Assembly (NCBI GenBank): GCA_025058345.1
Contig: JANXEN010000002.1
Span: forward strand, 33,679 to 97,678
Reading direction: 5' to 3'
DNA length: 64,000 nucleotides
Origin: Sulfolobales archaeon
Lineage (GTDB): Archaea; Thermoproteota; Thermoprotei_A; Sulfolobales; NBVN01
The notes under the pieces are model-generated. The model worked only from the letters and a program-made list of their open reading frames with translations. It searched no databases and was not told the DNA's origin. Of the stretch, positions 55,460 through 64,000 are shown in pieces (position 1 is the stretch's first letter; every line of letters begins with the position of its first letter). A program made the position numbers and the translations under genes.

Positions 55460-55462
55460 CGT

Positions 55463-55621
55463 ATGGCTAGGAATAAACCGCTCGCTAAAAAACTAAGACT
55501 AGGTAGCGAGTTAAAGTCTAATTCAGCCATACCGCTGTGGGTAATCCCTAAAACTTTAAGAAAACTACGTTTCAGACCTAAGAGAAGGTCGTGGAGAAGG
55601 TCTAAATTAGGCAATGTTTGA
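55463..55621 (+). CDS. rpl39e: 50S ribosomal protein L39e
   Basis: Below the ORF-track size cutoff. My translation is [52 protein letters not shown] (52 aa), typical L39e at its conserved position before L31e. Confidence 0.9.
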   Translation: MARNKPLAKKLRLGSELKSNSAIPLWVIPKTLRKLRFRPKRRSWRRSKLGNV

Positions 55622-55631
55622 GGGGTAATTC

Positions 55632-55898
55632 ATGAGTGAGGGTATATATGTAGTTAATTTAGGCAGGATCTATAGAACCGGTAGATATAGGAGGTTAGCA
55701 AGAGCTCTCCGAACCATCAAGACGTTCATCAGCAGACATACTAAGGCTAAGGAAGTAATAATTGATAGGTCAATCAACGAATACATATTTAGTAAAGCCT
55801 ACGACAAACCTCCTAGGAAGATAACCGTTAAGGTCGTTAAAGTTGATGAAGGTGTTGTTAAAGCATCACTAGCGTTAGAAGTTAGCGGCGCTTCATAA
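55632..55898 (+). CDS. rpl31e: 50S ribosomal protein L31e
   Basis: YVVNLGRIYRTGRYRRLARALRTIKTFISRH... ; 88 aa. Confidence 0.92.
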   Translation: MSEGIYVVNLGRIYRTGRYRRLARALRTIKTFISRHTKAKEVIIDRSINEYIFSKAYDKPPRKITVKVVKVDEGVVKASLALEVSGAS

Positions 55899-55914
55899 AA
55901 GACGGTAGGTTACG

Positions 55915-56589
55915 ATGACTTTAGAGAAGATGAGGATTTTCGGTAATCCGAACATCGGTGTCTATATTTTCGCCAATAATAAGGTCGCTTTAGTACCTCC
56001 TCAAAGCGACTCTGAAGTTAAGAGGAAGTTAATCAGCAATCTAGGTGTTGAAGTCATTGAGTGTAGAGTCGCTGATACTAACCTCATAGGTGTTTTAGTC
56101 GCAGGCAACGACAGCGGTTTACTACTGCCTAGAATAGCAAAGGAAGATGAGGTCGAACATCTAAGGAGTCTCGGATTGAATGTGAGGGTATTACACACTA
56201 ACTTCACCGCATTAGGTAATGTAGTGCTCACTAATAATAAGAACGCGGTAATCCATCCCGAGACGCATGAAAGGGATATAGATACTATTAAGAAAGTTTT
56301 AGGGGTAAGTAACGTAGTAAAGAGGGATATAGGTAGGTTCACGACGGTAGGTTCTGTTGCAGTAGTTAATGATGTCGGGGGTTTAATACATCCAGATGTA
56401 AGTGATAGTGAGATTAGGGAGGTGTCTAAAATAATGAACGTCAACCTCGATGTCGGCACCGTAAACTTCGGAGTTGCATTTATTAAGACCGGATTAGTAG
56501 CTAATAATTACGGGGCAGTAGTCGGTGAAAGGACTACTGGACCCGAAATCATGAGGATAATGAAAGCTCTTAACATAGGTGGTCAGTAA
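55915..56589 (+). CDS. eif6: Translation initiation factor 6 (aIF6)
   Basis: MRIFGNPNIGVYIFANNKVALVP and pentein repeats. The internal ATG at 55930 is probably the true start. Confidence 0.92.
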   Translation: MTLEKMRIFGNPNIGVYIFANNKVALVPPQSDSEVKRKLISNLGVEVIECRVADTNLIGVLVAGNDSGLLLPRIAKEDEVEHLRSLGLNVRVLHTNFTALGNVVLTNNKNAVIHPETHERDIDTIKKVLGVSNVVKRDIGRFTTVGSVAVVNDVGGLIHPDVSDSEIREVSKIMNVNLDVGTVNFGVAFIKTGLVANNYGAVVGERTTGPEIMRIMKALNIGGQ

Positions 56590-56858
56590 TGAGTGGGGTT
56601 AGAGTTAAAGTCTATAGAGTTGAGGGAGTAGCTCTCTTCAGTCCAGATAAAACTAGGAAGTGGCAGCCCTTCATAATTGATGTTAGGGCATTAAAGCCTG
56701 CTGAAGCGATTGAGAAGGTCTACTCAGACATGGGTAGTAGACATAAGCTTAAGAGAGGTCACATAAAGATAATTAATGTGAAAGAGATAAACCCTGAGGA
56801 AAGTAAGTATAAGTACATTAGGAGTTTAGAGAAGTTTACTGGGTGGTCTATTGAGTAA
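56589..56858 (+). CDS. rplX: 50S ribosomal protein LX (L20A/L18Ae family)
   Basis: VKVYRVEGVALFS...WQPFIIDVRALKPAEAIEKVYSDMGSRHKLKR. Confidence 0.88.
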   Translation: MSGVRVKVYRVEGVALFSPDKTRKWQPFIIDVRALKPAEAIEKVYSDMGSRHKLKRGHIKIINVKEINPEESKYKYIRSLEKFTGWSIE

Positions 56859-57282
56859 GAAGGCTGAAGTGGATTCGTTAGTGATTGAGTTAAGTGAGGT
56901 TAGGAAATACGTAGAGAGATTGCAGGGTACCATGTCCCAGCTAGCATCTGAGTTGCAGGAGATAAGGTTGAGTAGGGCAGCGATTGAGGAGCTATTAAAT
57001 AAGGGGAGTTTAGAGACGTTGATATCTCTTGATGGAAGAGGCCATACGTATGTTAGGGGTGTGATTAGTGAGGTTAAATCCGTTATAGCCCATATAGGTA
57101 GTAATTACTATGCTGAAGTGAATAGCGATTTAGCTATTAAGTTATTAAATGATAAGGAAGGAGATGCCCTCCAAGCACTACGTATGATTGAGGGCGAGTT
57201 AAATAAGGTCTTGACGTATTATCAACAACTTCAGGAGACATTAAATAAGGTTTTAAAAGAACAGCAGGAGAAGGTTAAATAA
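56851..57282 (+). CDS. pfdA: Prefoldin alpha subunit
   Basis: 143-aa coiled-coil / beta-hairpin / coiled-coil layout at the conserved slot between LX and FtsY. Confidence 0.8.
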   Translation: MSKKAEVDSLVIELSEVRKYVERLQGTMSQLASELQEIRLSRAAIEELLNKGSLETLISLDGRGHTYVRGVISEVKSVIAHIGSNYYAEVNSDLAIKLLNDKEGDALQALRMIEGELNKVLTYYQQLQETLNKVLKEQQEKVK

Positions 57283-57322
57283 ATCACTTAAAACTATTTT
57301 AGGTTAGAAGTGTGGATTTATC

Positions 57323-58243
57323 ATGTTTAGGAAACTTAAGCAAGTATTTAGCGAAGCTATTGGGAAGTTAAGCGAGACCTTATCTACTAAGGAATTAAGT
57401 TATGATGAATTTGAGAAGGTATTTCACGAATTTGAAATGTCTTTGATTGAGGCTGATGTAGCCTATGATGTAGTGCAGTTAATTAAGAAGTCTTTAGCAG
57501 ATGAATTGGTTGGGAATAGAATTGGTAGATTTTCAAGCTCTTCAGAATACGTTAAGTCCGTCTTCACTAAATCGCTTAAAGATTTACTTAATAGAGGTAT
57601 TTATGCGGGGGACCTCATAGCTGAGATTAAGTCAGCAGTTAAGCCTTACGTAATAGTCTTTATGGGAGTCAATGGTGTTGGTAAAACTACAACTATAGCT
57701 AAATTCGCTTACTTATTAAGAAGTAATGGTTTAAGTTCAGTGGTAGTGGCTTCAGACACTTTTAGAGCTGGAGCTCAGGAACAGTTAGAGCTTCACTCTA
57801 AGAGGCTTGGAATTCCATTCATAGGGGGTAAGTATAGGTCAGACCCCGCAGCAGTTGCTAAGGATGGGGTAATCTACGCAAGTAAGAATAGAGTAGATGT
57901 AGCCTTGATCGATACTGCTGGTAGGATGCATACCGACGTGGATTTAATGAATGAAGTTAGGAAAGTGATTAAGGTCGTTAAACCTAACATGAGGATCCTC
58001 ATTCTAGATGCTTTGACTGGGAATGATGCGGTGAGTCAGGCTACATGGTTCGACAGTCAGGTTGGGGTCGATGCAGTTATATTAACTAAGGCAGACGCTG
58101 ACGTTAAGGGAGGTTCTGCCTTAAGTATAATTATGTCTTTAGGGAAGCCAATAATATATTTAGGTGTTGGTCAAAATTACGATGACTTAATACCTTACAA
58201 CCCTGAGGTAATACTTAAGAGGATGCTTGATTTAAATACATAA
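57323..58243 (+). CDS. ftsY: Signal recognition particle receptor FtsY
   Basis: GVNGVGKTTT, DTAGRMH and TKADAD motifs. NG-domain-only length. Confidence 0.93.
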   Translation: MFRKLKQVFSEAIGKLSETLSTKELSYDEFEKVFHEFEMSLIEADVAYDVVQLIKKSLADELVGNRIGRFSSSSEYVKSVFTKSLKDLLNRGIYAGDLIAEIKSAVKPYVIVFMGVNGVGKTTTIAKFAYLLRSNGLSSVVVASDTFRAGAQEQLELHSKRLGIPFIGGKYRSDPAAVAKDGVIYASKNRVDVALIDTAGRMHTDVDLMNEVRKVIKVVKPNMRILILDALTGNDAVSQATWFDSQVGVDAVILTKADADVKGGSALSIIMSLGKPIIYLGVGQNYDDLIPYNPEVILKRMLDLNT

Positions 58244-58284
58244 GCACTTAAAAATTGTTAAGAAGATGTAGTGAGGGTGTTGAG

Positions 58285-58464
58285 ATGGACTTTAGAGGTT
58301 TAATAGATGCGTGGAGGAAGATACTTGCAATATCTGAGAAGCCTGAACCAAAGGAATACTCACTTCTTTTACGGATAGTCATATCCGGTTTATTCTTAGT
58401 GGGGGTTGTCGGCCTTTTGATACATCTCGCGTTCTACTTTATTCAAGGTGGTTATGGTGGCTGA
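58285..58464 (+). CDS. secE: Protein translocase subunit SecE/Sec61-gamma
   Basis: 59 aa with a single C-terminal TM (LLLRIVISGLFLVGVVGLLIHLAFYFI). GAGGGTG lies upstream of the ATG at 58285. Conserved position before Spt5. Confidence 0.8.
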   Translation: MDFRGLIDAWRKILAISEKPEPKEYSLLLRIVISGLFLVGVVGLLIHLAFYFIQGGYGG

Positions 58465-58906
58465 GTCATCCAAGTTCTTTATTGTAAGAACAACAGCTCG
58501 TCAAGAACTTAATGCAGCACTTTTACTTGAGGCCAGAGCTAAAGGTATGGGTGAGGGGTTTTACTCCATAGTAATCCCACCTGATGTGAAGGGTTACATA
58601 ATCCTTGAGGTTAAGGGTCTTCATTTAGTGTATGGATTGATTAAGGATATGAAGCATGTTAAAGGTCGTGCTACGGGTTCCATAAGTGTTGAAGAGCTTG
58701 AGAGGTTAATAGTCACTAAACCGGTTATAAGTGAGTTAAAACCAGGTGATGTTGTTGAAATCACGTCAGGACCCTTTAAAGGTTTGAAGGCTTCCGTTCT
58801 TTCAGTAAACGCTCAAAAGAATGAAGTAACGTTAAATATACTGGAAGCATCATATAAACTTGAAGCTACAGTACCAGGTGATTACGTAAAACCTGTTAAG
58901 AAGTGA
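58448..58906 (+). CDS. spt5: Transcription elongation factor Spt5 (NusG)
   Basis: NGN domain (FFIVRTTARQE...) and KOW motif GDVVEITSGPFKGLKASV. Confidence 0.92.
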   Translation: MVMVAESSKFFIVRTTARQELNAALLLEARAKGMGEGFYSIVIPPDVKGYIILEVKGLHLVYGLIKDMKHVKGRATGSISVEELERLIVTKPVISELKPGDVVEITSGPFKGLKASVLSVNAQKNEVTLNILEASYKLEATVPGDYVKPVKK

Positions 58907-58912
58907 TGTACC

Positions 58913-59416
58913 ATGAGTGAAAAGCTAGTTAGGGTTAAGGTTCAAGGGGGAAAGGCCTCACAGGCCCCTCCATTAGGTCCTACTTTAAATCAGTTAGGTA
59001 TAAACGCGGTAGAGGTCATTAATAAAATCAACGAATTAACTAAGGGTTTCGAAGGTATGGAGATTAACGTCGATATATACGTTAACTCGGTGACTAAGGA
59101 TTATAGGATTGAGGTTAAGTCACCAACTACAACATCGCTTCTCCTTAAATTTGCTGGAGTTCAACAACCTTCAGGTGATCCTGCGCATAAGAAAGTTGGG
59201 GATATAAGCTTCGACAAGGTTGTTGAGGTGTCGATACTTAAGAAGAGTGACTTAACCGCTAAGTCACTTAAGTCGGCTGTTAGGTCAGTTATATCTACGG
59301 CTGGTAGCATAGGTTTAACCATAGATGGTAAGGACTTCAAGCAGGTTTTGAAGGAAGTTGATGAAGGCTTATATGATGAAGTTCTCAAGAAATATGAAGG
59401 TAAGTGGATGGCTTAG
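58913..59416 (+). CDS. rpl11: 50S ribosomal protein L11
   Basis: VKVQGGKASQAPPLGPTLNQLGIN... is the canonical L11 N-terminus. Confidence 0.95.
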   Translation: MSEKLVRVKVQGGKASQAPPLGPTLNQLGINAVEVINKINELTKGFEGMEINVDIYVNSVTKDYRIEVKSPTTTSLLLKFAGVQQPSGDPAHKKVGDISFDKVVEVSILKKSDLTAKSLKSAVRSVISTAGSIGLTIDGKDFKQVLKEVDEGLYDEVLKKYEGKWMA

Positions 59417-59426
59417 GGTGTGATAA

Positions 59427-60071
59427 ATGCCTATAAGTAAGAGCGCTGTCGAAAAGAGCGTAGTGGAGGCAATTAAATTAGGTGCTGGAAGAAAGTTTAA
59501 GCAATCCATAGAGTTGGTAGTCGTTTTTAAAGGTTTTGACCCGAAGTCACCTGATATAAAGTTTAGAGATGTTGTATATTTGCCGAAGGGACTTGGTAAG
59601 TCACCCAAAATTCTACTTATAGCTGATGGTGATATGTTGCTGAGGGCTAAGAACTTAGGTGTTGACACGTTAGGTAGGGACGACCTTCAGAAATTAGATA
59701 AGAGGGGTGCTAAGAAAATAGCCCGTAGATATGAATGGTTTTTGGTTAAGTCCGACTTAATGACTGTCGTAGGTAAGGTCTTAGGTCCTGCCTTAGGTCC
59801 TCGAGGTAAATTCCCGATACCTTTATCACCGTCCTCAAACTTAGAGGCAGTGATCAAGCAATACAGCATGAGCACTAGATTGAGGAATAAGGAGCAGGCA
59901 TGGGTAGGCTGTAAAGTAGGCAGTGAAGATATGGATCCTAAGGACATAGTTGACAACATATCAATTGTTTTAGAACATATAGAATCTAAGATTAAAAAAC
60001 CCTTAGAAACTAATTGTAGGGTGTATGTTAAGACCACTATGGGTCCCCCTGTAGAGGTGGTGGTTGAATGA
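59427..60071 (+). CDS. rpl1: 50S ribosomal protein L1
   Basis: ...RKFKQSIELVVVFKG... LPKGLGK... GKVLGPALGPRGKFP. Confidence 0.95.
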   Translation: MPISKSAVEKSVVEAIKLGAGRKFKQSIELVVVFKGFDPKSPDIKFRDVVYLPKGLGKSPKILLIADGDMLLRAKNLGVDTLGRDDLQKLDKRGAKKIARRYEWFLVKSDLMTVVGKVLGPALGPRGKFPIPLSPSSNLEAVIKQYSMSTRLRNKEQAWVGCKVGSEDMDPKDIVDNISIVLEHIESKIKKPLETNCRVYVKTTMGPPVEVVVE

Positions 60072-61153
60072 AGCCAAAGACTCATTCACAGTATCTGAAA
60101 CTACTCAATAGGTTGCAGAAGAGTAAGTCCTCAGAAATCAGGGAATCTAAGTCTAGAGTTGAGAAGGAGTTATTGGTTAAGGAGTTGTGTGACCTAATAC
60201 CTAAGTACAGGACTATATGTCTAATCGACTTAAGTAGAACACCTTCATCACAGTTTAAGGAGTTGAAGAAGACCTTCAGTAAGTATGGAGTAATTAAGGT
60301 AGTTAAGAATAACTTACTGGTTAAGGCATTAGAAGGTTTAAAGTTAAAGAACTATGAGGAAGTAGTTAAGAATTTAAGAGGTCCTAATGCTGTTTTCTTA
60401 ACTAATTTAAACGCATTTGAGGTTGCAAGCCTGTGTAGGAAGTTTAAGAGTAAGAGGTTTGCTAAACCCAATGACGAGGCATCATCGGAAATAGTAATAC
60501 CTTCCGGACCTACCGGTATACCGCCTGGACCATCTCTGTCGATGTTCGGTAAACTTAAAATACCTACTCAAGTTAGAGAGGGGTTCATCTGGATAGCTAA
60601 GGATGTAACAGTAGCTAAGCCAGGTGATAAGCTCAGTAATGAGTTAGCCTCCCTTCTAAGGAAATTAGGCATTAAGGTAATTGATGTTGGTATGAACATT
60701 AGGATGATTTACGACGAGGGTTTAACGTTCACTAGGATGGATGAATTGGCGTTGGATTTAGGTTCCTTTAGAAACGACTTATTGAATTCCGCTAGGTCTG
60801 CTATTAATCTTGCGATAAATGCGGCTATACCTCTTCCTGAGGTAATGCCAGTAATATTGTCTAAGGCTTATTTAAACGCTTTAACGGTCTCAGCTGAGTC
60901 AGGAATATTGACTAACGAAACCACTCAATACACGTTAAGTAGGGCGGTATCTAAGGCTTTAAAGCTAGCATCGATTATTAGTTCGAAAGTTCCTGATTTA
61001 GGTATTCCAACAGTAGCTCAGGAAGTGTGTGCTGAGAGCTCTCAAGCCAGTAAGCAACCTCAGGAAAGTAAAGAAGCCTCAGGAAGTGAGGAAGAGAAGA
61101 AAGAGGTTTCAGAGGAAGAATTATCTGAGGGATTATCATCGCTTTTCGGTTAG
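60068..61153 (+). CDS. rplP0: 50S ribosomal stalk protein P0 (L10)
   Basis: L10 core plus an acidic tail ...EEKKEVSEEELSEGLSSLFG. The N-terminus is ~20 aa longer than usual, so a later start is possible. Confidence 0.9.
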   Translation: MKPKTHSQYLKLLNRLQKSKSSEIRESKSRVEKELLVKELCDLIPKYRTICLIDLSRTPSSQFKELKKTFSKYGVIKVVKNNLLVKALEGLKLKNYEEVVKNLRGPNAVFLTNLNAFEVASLCRKFKSKRFAKPNDEASSEIVIPSGPTGIPPGPSLSMFGKLKIPTQVREGFIWIAKDVTVAKPGDKLSNELASLLRKLGIKVIDVGMNIRMIYDEGLTFTRMDELALDLGSFRNDLLNSARSAINLAINAAIPLPEVMPVILSKAYLNALTVSAESGILTNETTQYTLSRAVSKALKLASIISSKVPDLGIPTVAQEVCAESSQASKQPQESKEASGSEEEKKEVSEEELSEGLSSLFG

Positions 61154-61159
61154 ATACCT

Positions 61160-63916
61160 ATGTCGGTCAAGGGTTATTGGGAAAAACTCAGAATTGATTT
61201 CTTACCATCTAGTGGGTATAGGAAATACACGTGCAAGGTGTGTGGGTCTGATTTTTGGTCAATGACGCCTAGAAACACGTGCAACGACGTGCCTTGTAGT
61301 GAGTACAATTTTTTCAGCGTTGATATTAGGTCTCCCAAACTTAACTCTCTTCAAGCAAGAAATAAGTTCCTGAACTTCTTCGCGAAGTTAAATCACGCCG
61401 TGATTGAGCCTAAGCCTGTCGTAGCTAGGTGGAGAGAGGACCTATACCTTACTATAGCTAGTATAGTAGTTTTTCAACCGCATGTGACGTCAGGGAACGT
61501 TCCACCCCCTGCTAATCCATTAGTCATTGCACAGCCCTGTATAAGGTTAGAGGATATAGACGTCGTTGGTTATACTTTAGGAAGACATTTAACGAACTTC
61601 ATTATGGGTGGGCATCATGCCTTCAATTACCCAGATAAATATGTGTACTTCGCCAATGAAACGGTTGAGTATGCGAGGAAGTTTTTTGTTGATGAGGTTG
61701 GAGTGCCTGAGGATGAGTTGACGTTTAAGGAGTCTTGGTGGGAAGGTGGAGGAAATGCAGGTCCCTGCCTAGAAGTATGTGTAGGAGGTCTTGAAGTAGC
61801 TACTCTAGTCTTTATGATGTTTAAGAACTTAGATAACGGTGGGTACGCTGAACTACCACTTAAGATAGTTGATACCGGTTACGGTATTGAGAGAATTGCC
61901 TGGCTAACGAGTAAAACCCCAACATCTTTCCATACAGTCTACGGCGAATTACTTAGTAAGTACTTAAGTCTACTAGATTTAGAGGAAGCTCCTACTAACG
62001 TTCTGTGGAGGGCTATTAAACTAGTCAGTAAGTATGATGTTAAGAAAAGTGAGAGTTACGTATCTCTTAAAAATTTAATTGCTAAGGATTTAGGGCTAAC
62101 GATCGAGGATGTTTCAGACGCTTTAGACAACATGGTTAAAGTATTTACCTTATTAGATCATGTAAAGACCTCATTACTACTCCTCTCAGATGGTGTCGTA
62201 CCATCGAATGCTGGTGAGGGTTACTTAGCAAGGTTAGTTCTGCGGAGGATATTCAGGCTACTTAAAACTTTCAATAAGTTAGACGTTATTGAGGAGTTAT
62301 TCGGTGGACAAATCGCTTATTGGAGGGAACTCTACCCGAACATAGGTAAAGCTACTGACTACATCTACGACGTCGTTCGAAGCGAGTTAGATAGATTCGG
62401 TGACGTTTTGAGGAAGTCCTCAACGATTTTAAAGAAATACGTATCCGACAGGAAGCTAGATGTTAGAGAATTGGTAGAACTATATGATAGCCATGGCTTA
62501 CCTCCCGACCTTGTTGTTGATGAATGTAGGAAGTTCGGCGTTGAGGTTGAATTACCTACAAACTTTTACTCATTAATTGCATCAAGGCATAGTAGACCGC
62601 CTATAAAACCTGTTAAGGCTGTTAAACTACCTCAAGAAGTCTTAGAAAAGCTCATAAAGTTACCACCTACTAGGAGGTTATTCCATGAGGACCCGTACAT
62701 TAAGACTTTTACAGCAAAGGTGTTGGATGCTTATAGCAGGTATTTAGTTTTAGATCAGACTGCCTTCTACCCGGAGGGTGGTGGGCAAGAAAGCGATGTG
62801 GGGGTTGTGAGGATTAATGGGGAGCAATATAAAGTAACTGATGTCCAGAAGGTAGGTGATGTTGTAGTTCACGTAGTAGATAGAGATTTACGAGCTGGTT
62901 TAGCTGGTGTTGAGGTTGAGGGTGCGATTGATTGGTTTAGAAGGTATTCTCTCATGAGGCATCACACAGCAACTCATATAGTTCTCGCTTCAGCTAGGAA
63001 AGTATTAGGAAGTCATGTATGGCAGGCAGGCGCCGAGAAGAGTGAGGACAGAAGTAGGTTAGACATCACTCACTTTAGGGGTTTAAGTAAGGAGGAAATT
63101 AAACGTATTGAGGACATAGCTAATGAGACCGTTCTAAATTGCTTAGCAGTTAACACCACTTACATACCTAGGTATGATGCTGAAAGTAAGTACGGATTTA
63201 CCTTATACCAAGGTGGAGTTCCTATGGAACCCATCATTAGGGTAGTAGAGATTCAAGGTGTGGATGCACAGGCATGCTTCGGGACACACTTAAGAAACAC
63301 ATGCGAGGTTGGTGGAATTAAATTGATAAACGTGCAGAGAATCCAAGACGGTATCGTAAGGCTTGAGTTCGTAGCTGGCACACAATTAGTGAAGCATGTC
63401 AGGAGCATTGAGGGCTTAATCGATGAGGCTACATCACTTGTCGGTGGGAGCGATCTCATCAAGAGGATTAAGTCAATCAATGAGGAACTAACCTCAGTAA
63501 AGAACCTATTAAATGCCTATAGAAAGGGTTGGTTAGATAATACATATCTAGAAGTGATTAGAAGTGTTGAAGAGGTTAACGGAATTAAACATGTAGTAAA
63601 ATTATTTAAGATAGACGATAAGGAAATCATTAGAGAATTGCTTAAGGAGTTAATCAGTAGGAATTCCGTTGTAGCAATTGCTTTAGTTCCCGAAGGTGGT
63701 AGTAAAGTATATGTAGAGATCTCAATAAGTTCAGACATTCTGCATTTAGTTAATGCCACAGATATATTTAATGAGGTTTCTAGAGTGTACGGCGGTAGGG
63801 GTGGCGGTAAACGTGACCACGTTAGCGGTTACATAACTATTGAGGGTATGTTAGATGAGGCAGTCAATAACATCAGGAAGTTAATTAAAGACTTCCTAAT
63901 TAGGAGCAATACCTAA
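61160..63916 (+). CDS. alaS: Alanine--tRNA ligase
   Basis: 918 aa with the archaeal AlaRS N-terminal Zn motif (CKVCGSDFWS), a class II core, editing-domain HHTATH...CFGTH and a C-terminal DHHA1-like GGRGGGK. Confidence 0.93.
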   Translation: MSVKGYWEKLRIDFLPSSGYRKYTCKVCGSDFWSMTPRNTCNDVPCSEYNFFSVDIRSPKLNSLQARNKFLNFFAKLNHAVIEPKPVVARWREDLYLTIASIVVFQPHVTSGNVPPPANPLVIAQPCIRLEDIDVVGYTLGRHLTNFIMGGHHAFNYPDKYVYFANETVEYARKFFVDEVGVPEDELTFKESWWEGGGNAGPCLEVCVGGLEVATLVFMMFKNLDNGGYAELPLKIVDTGYGIERIAWLTSKTPTSFHTVYGELLSKYLSLLDLEEAPTNVLWRAIKLVSKYDVKKSESYVSLKNLIAKDLGLTIEDVSDALDNMVKVFTLLDHVKTSLLLLSDGVVPSNAGEGYLARLVLRRIFRLLKTFNKLDVIEELFGGQIAYWRELYPNIGKATDYIYDVVRSELDRFGDVLRKSSTILKKYVSDRKLDVRELVELYDSHGLPPDLVVDECRKFGVEVELPTNFYSLIASRHSRPPIKPVKAVKLPQEVLEKLIKLPPTRRLFHEDPYIKTFTAKVLDAYSRYLVLDQTAFYPEGGGQESDVGVVRINGEQYKVTDVQKVGDVVVHVVDRDLRAGLAGVEVEGAIDWFRRYSLMRHHTATHIVLASARKVLGSHVWQAGAEKSEDRSRLDITHFRGLSKEEIKRIEDIANETVLNCLAVNTTYIPRYDAESKYGFTLYQGGVPMEPIIRVVEIQGVDAQACFGTHLRNTCEVGGIKLINVQRIQDGIVRLEFVAGTQLVKHVRSIEGLIDEATSLVGGSDLIKRIKSINEELTSVKNLLNAYRKGWLDNTYLEVIRSVEEVNGIKHVVKLFKIDDKEIIRELLKELISRNSVVAIALVPEGGSKVYVEISISSDILHLVNATDIFNEVSRVYGGRGGGKRDHVSGYITIEGMLDEAVNNIRKLIKDFLIRSNT

Positions 63917-63918
63917 CT

Positions 63919-64000
63919 ATGAATAAGTTTCTACGGGACGAAGTTGTAAATGCCTTAATAGACTATAAGTACTTACTTAACAGAGGTTATAATCAAAAAC
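63919..64000 (+). CDS. Start of an unidentified ORF (runs off the window)
   Basis: ATG 3 nt after the alaS stop, open to the window end: MNKFLRDEVVNALIDYKYLLNRGYNQK... Confidence 0.35.
   Translation, partial: MNKFLRDEVVNALIDYKYLLNRGYNQK

Noticed and set aside
55120-55614. 164-aa minus-strand ORF
   Set aside because: It is antisense to the PDCD5-like and L39e genes, and its Ser/Leu-rich low-complexity translation is typical of a shadow frame.
56001-56459. 152-aa minus-strand ORF
   Set aside because: It is antisense to the well-supported aIF6 gene.

Overview
This is a densely packed chromosomal segment, roughly nine-tenths coding by eye, with many 1-26 nt same-strand gene overlaps. It comes from a thermophile-type archaeon and fits Crenarchaeota/TACK best. 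The supporting evidence is archaeal information-processing genes (Hjc, class I CCA-adding enzyme, TFE, Rpo4/F, Spt5, aIF5A, aIF6, Alba, XPB, Pus10, aTrm56, Nep1, archease, Rpp21) and two conserved ribosomal clusters: L21e-RpoF-DUF655, and S19e-PDCD5-L39e-L31e-aIF6-LX-PfdA-FtsY-SecE-Spt5-L11-L1-P0-AlaS. The DNA is AT-leaning, and its GC-rich islands coincide with seven tRNA genes. Five of those tRNAs carry introns, three at non-canonical positions.

Metabolic content includes a translationally coupled hdrCBA-mvhDGA module, tungsten-type AOR with a MoaD-like protein, GlmS plus a sugar-phosphate nucleotidyltransferase, PRPP synthetase, two radical-SAM enzymes, and an ABC ATPase / giant repeat protein / FtsX-permease module.

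I found no rRNA, CRISPR array, transposase, integrase or recognisable defence island, so most of the window is ordinary housekeeping. The most unusual items are:
- a tandem-duplicated Hfq-like Sm protein;
- a tRNA-Asp that needs a second intron in the 3' acceptor strand and is enclosed by a GC-rich leader/trailer helix;
- three C/D-box sRNA candidates missing from the ORF view;
- an orphan C5-methyltransferase embedded in an hflX-trm56-tfe operon;
- a MoaD/ubiquitin-like protein whose GG terminus is capped by a 7-aa tail that lies entirely in the overlap with glmS;
- an unrecognisable ORF overlapping the XPB helicase tail-to-tail.

All family assignments come from motif recognition by eye. No database search was run.
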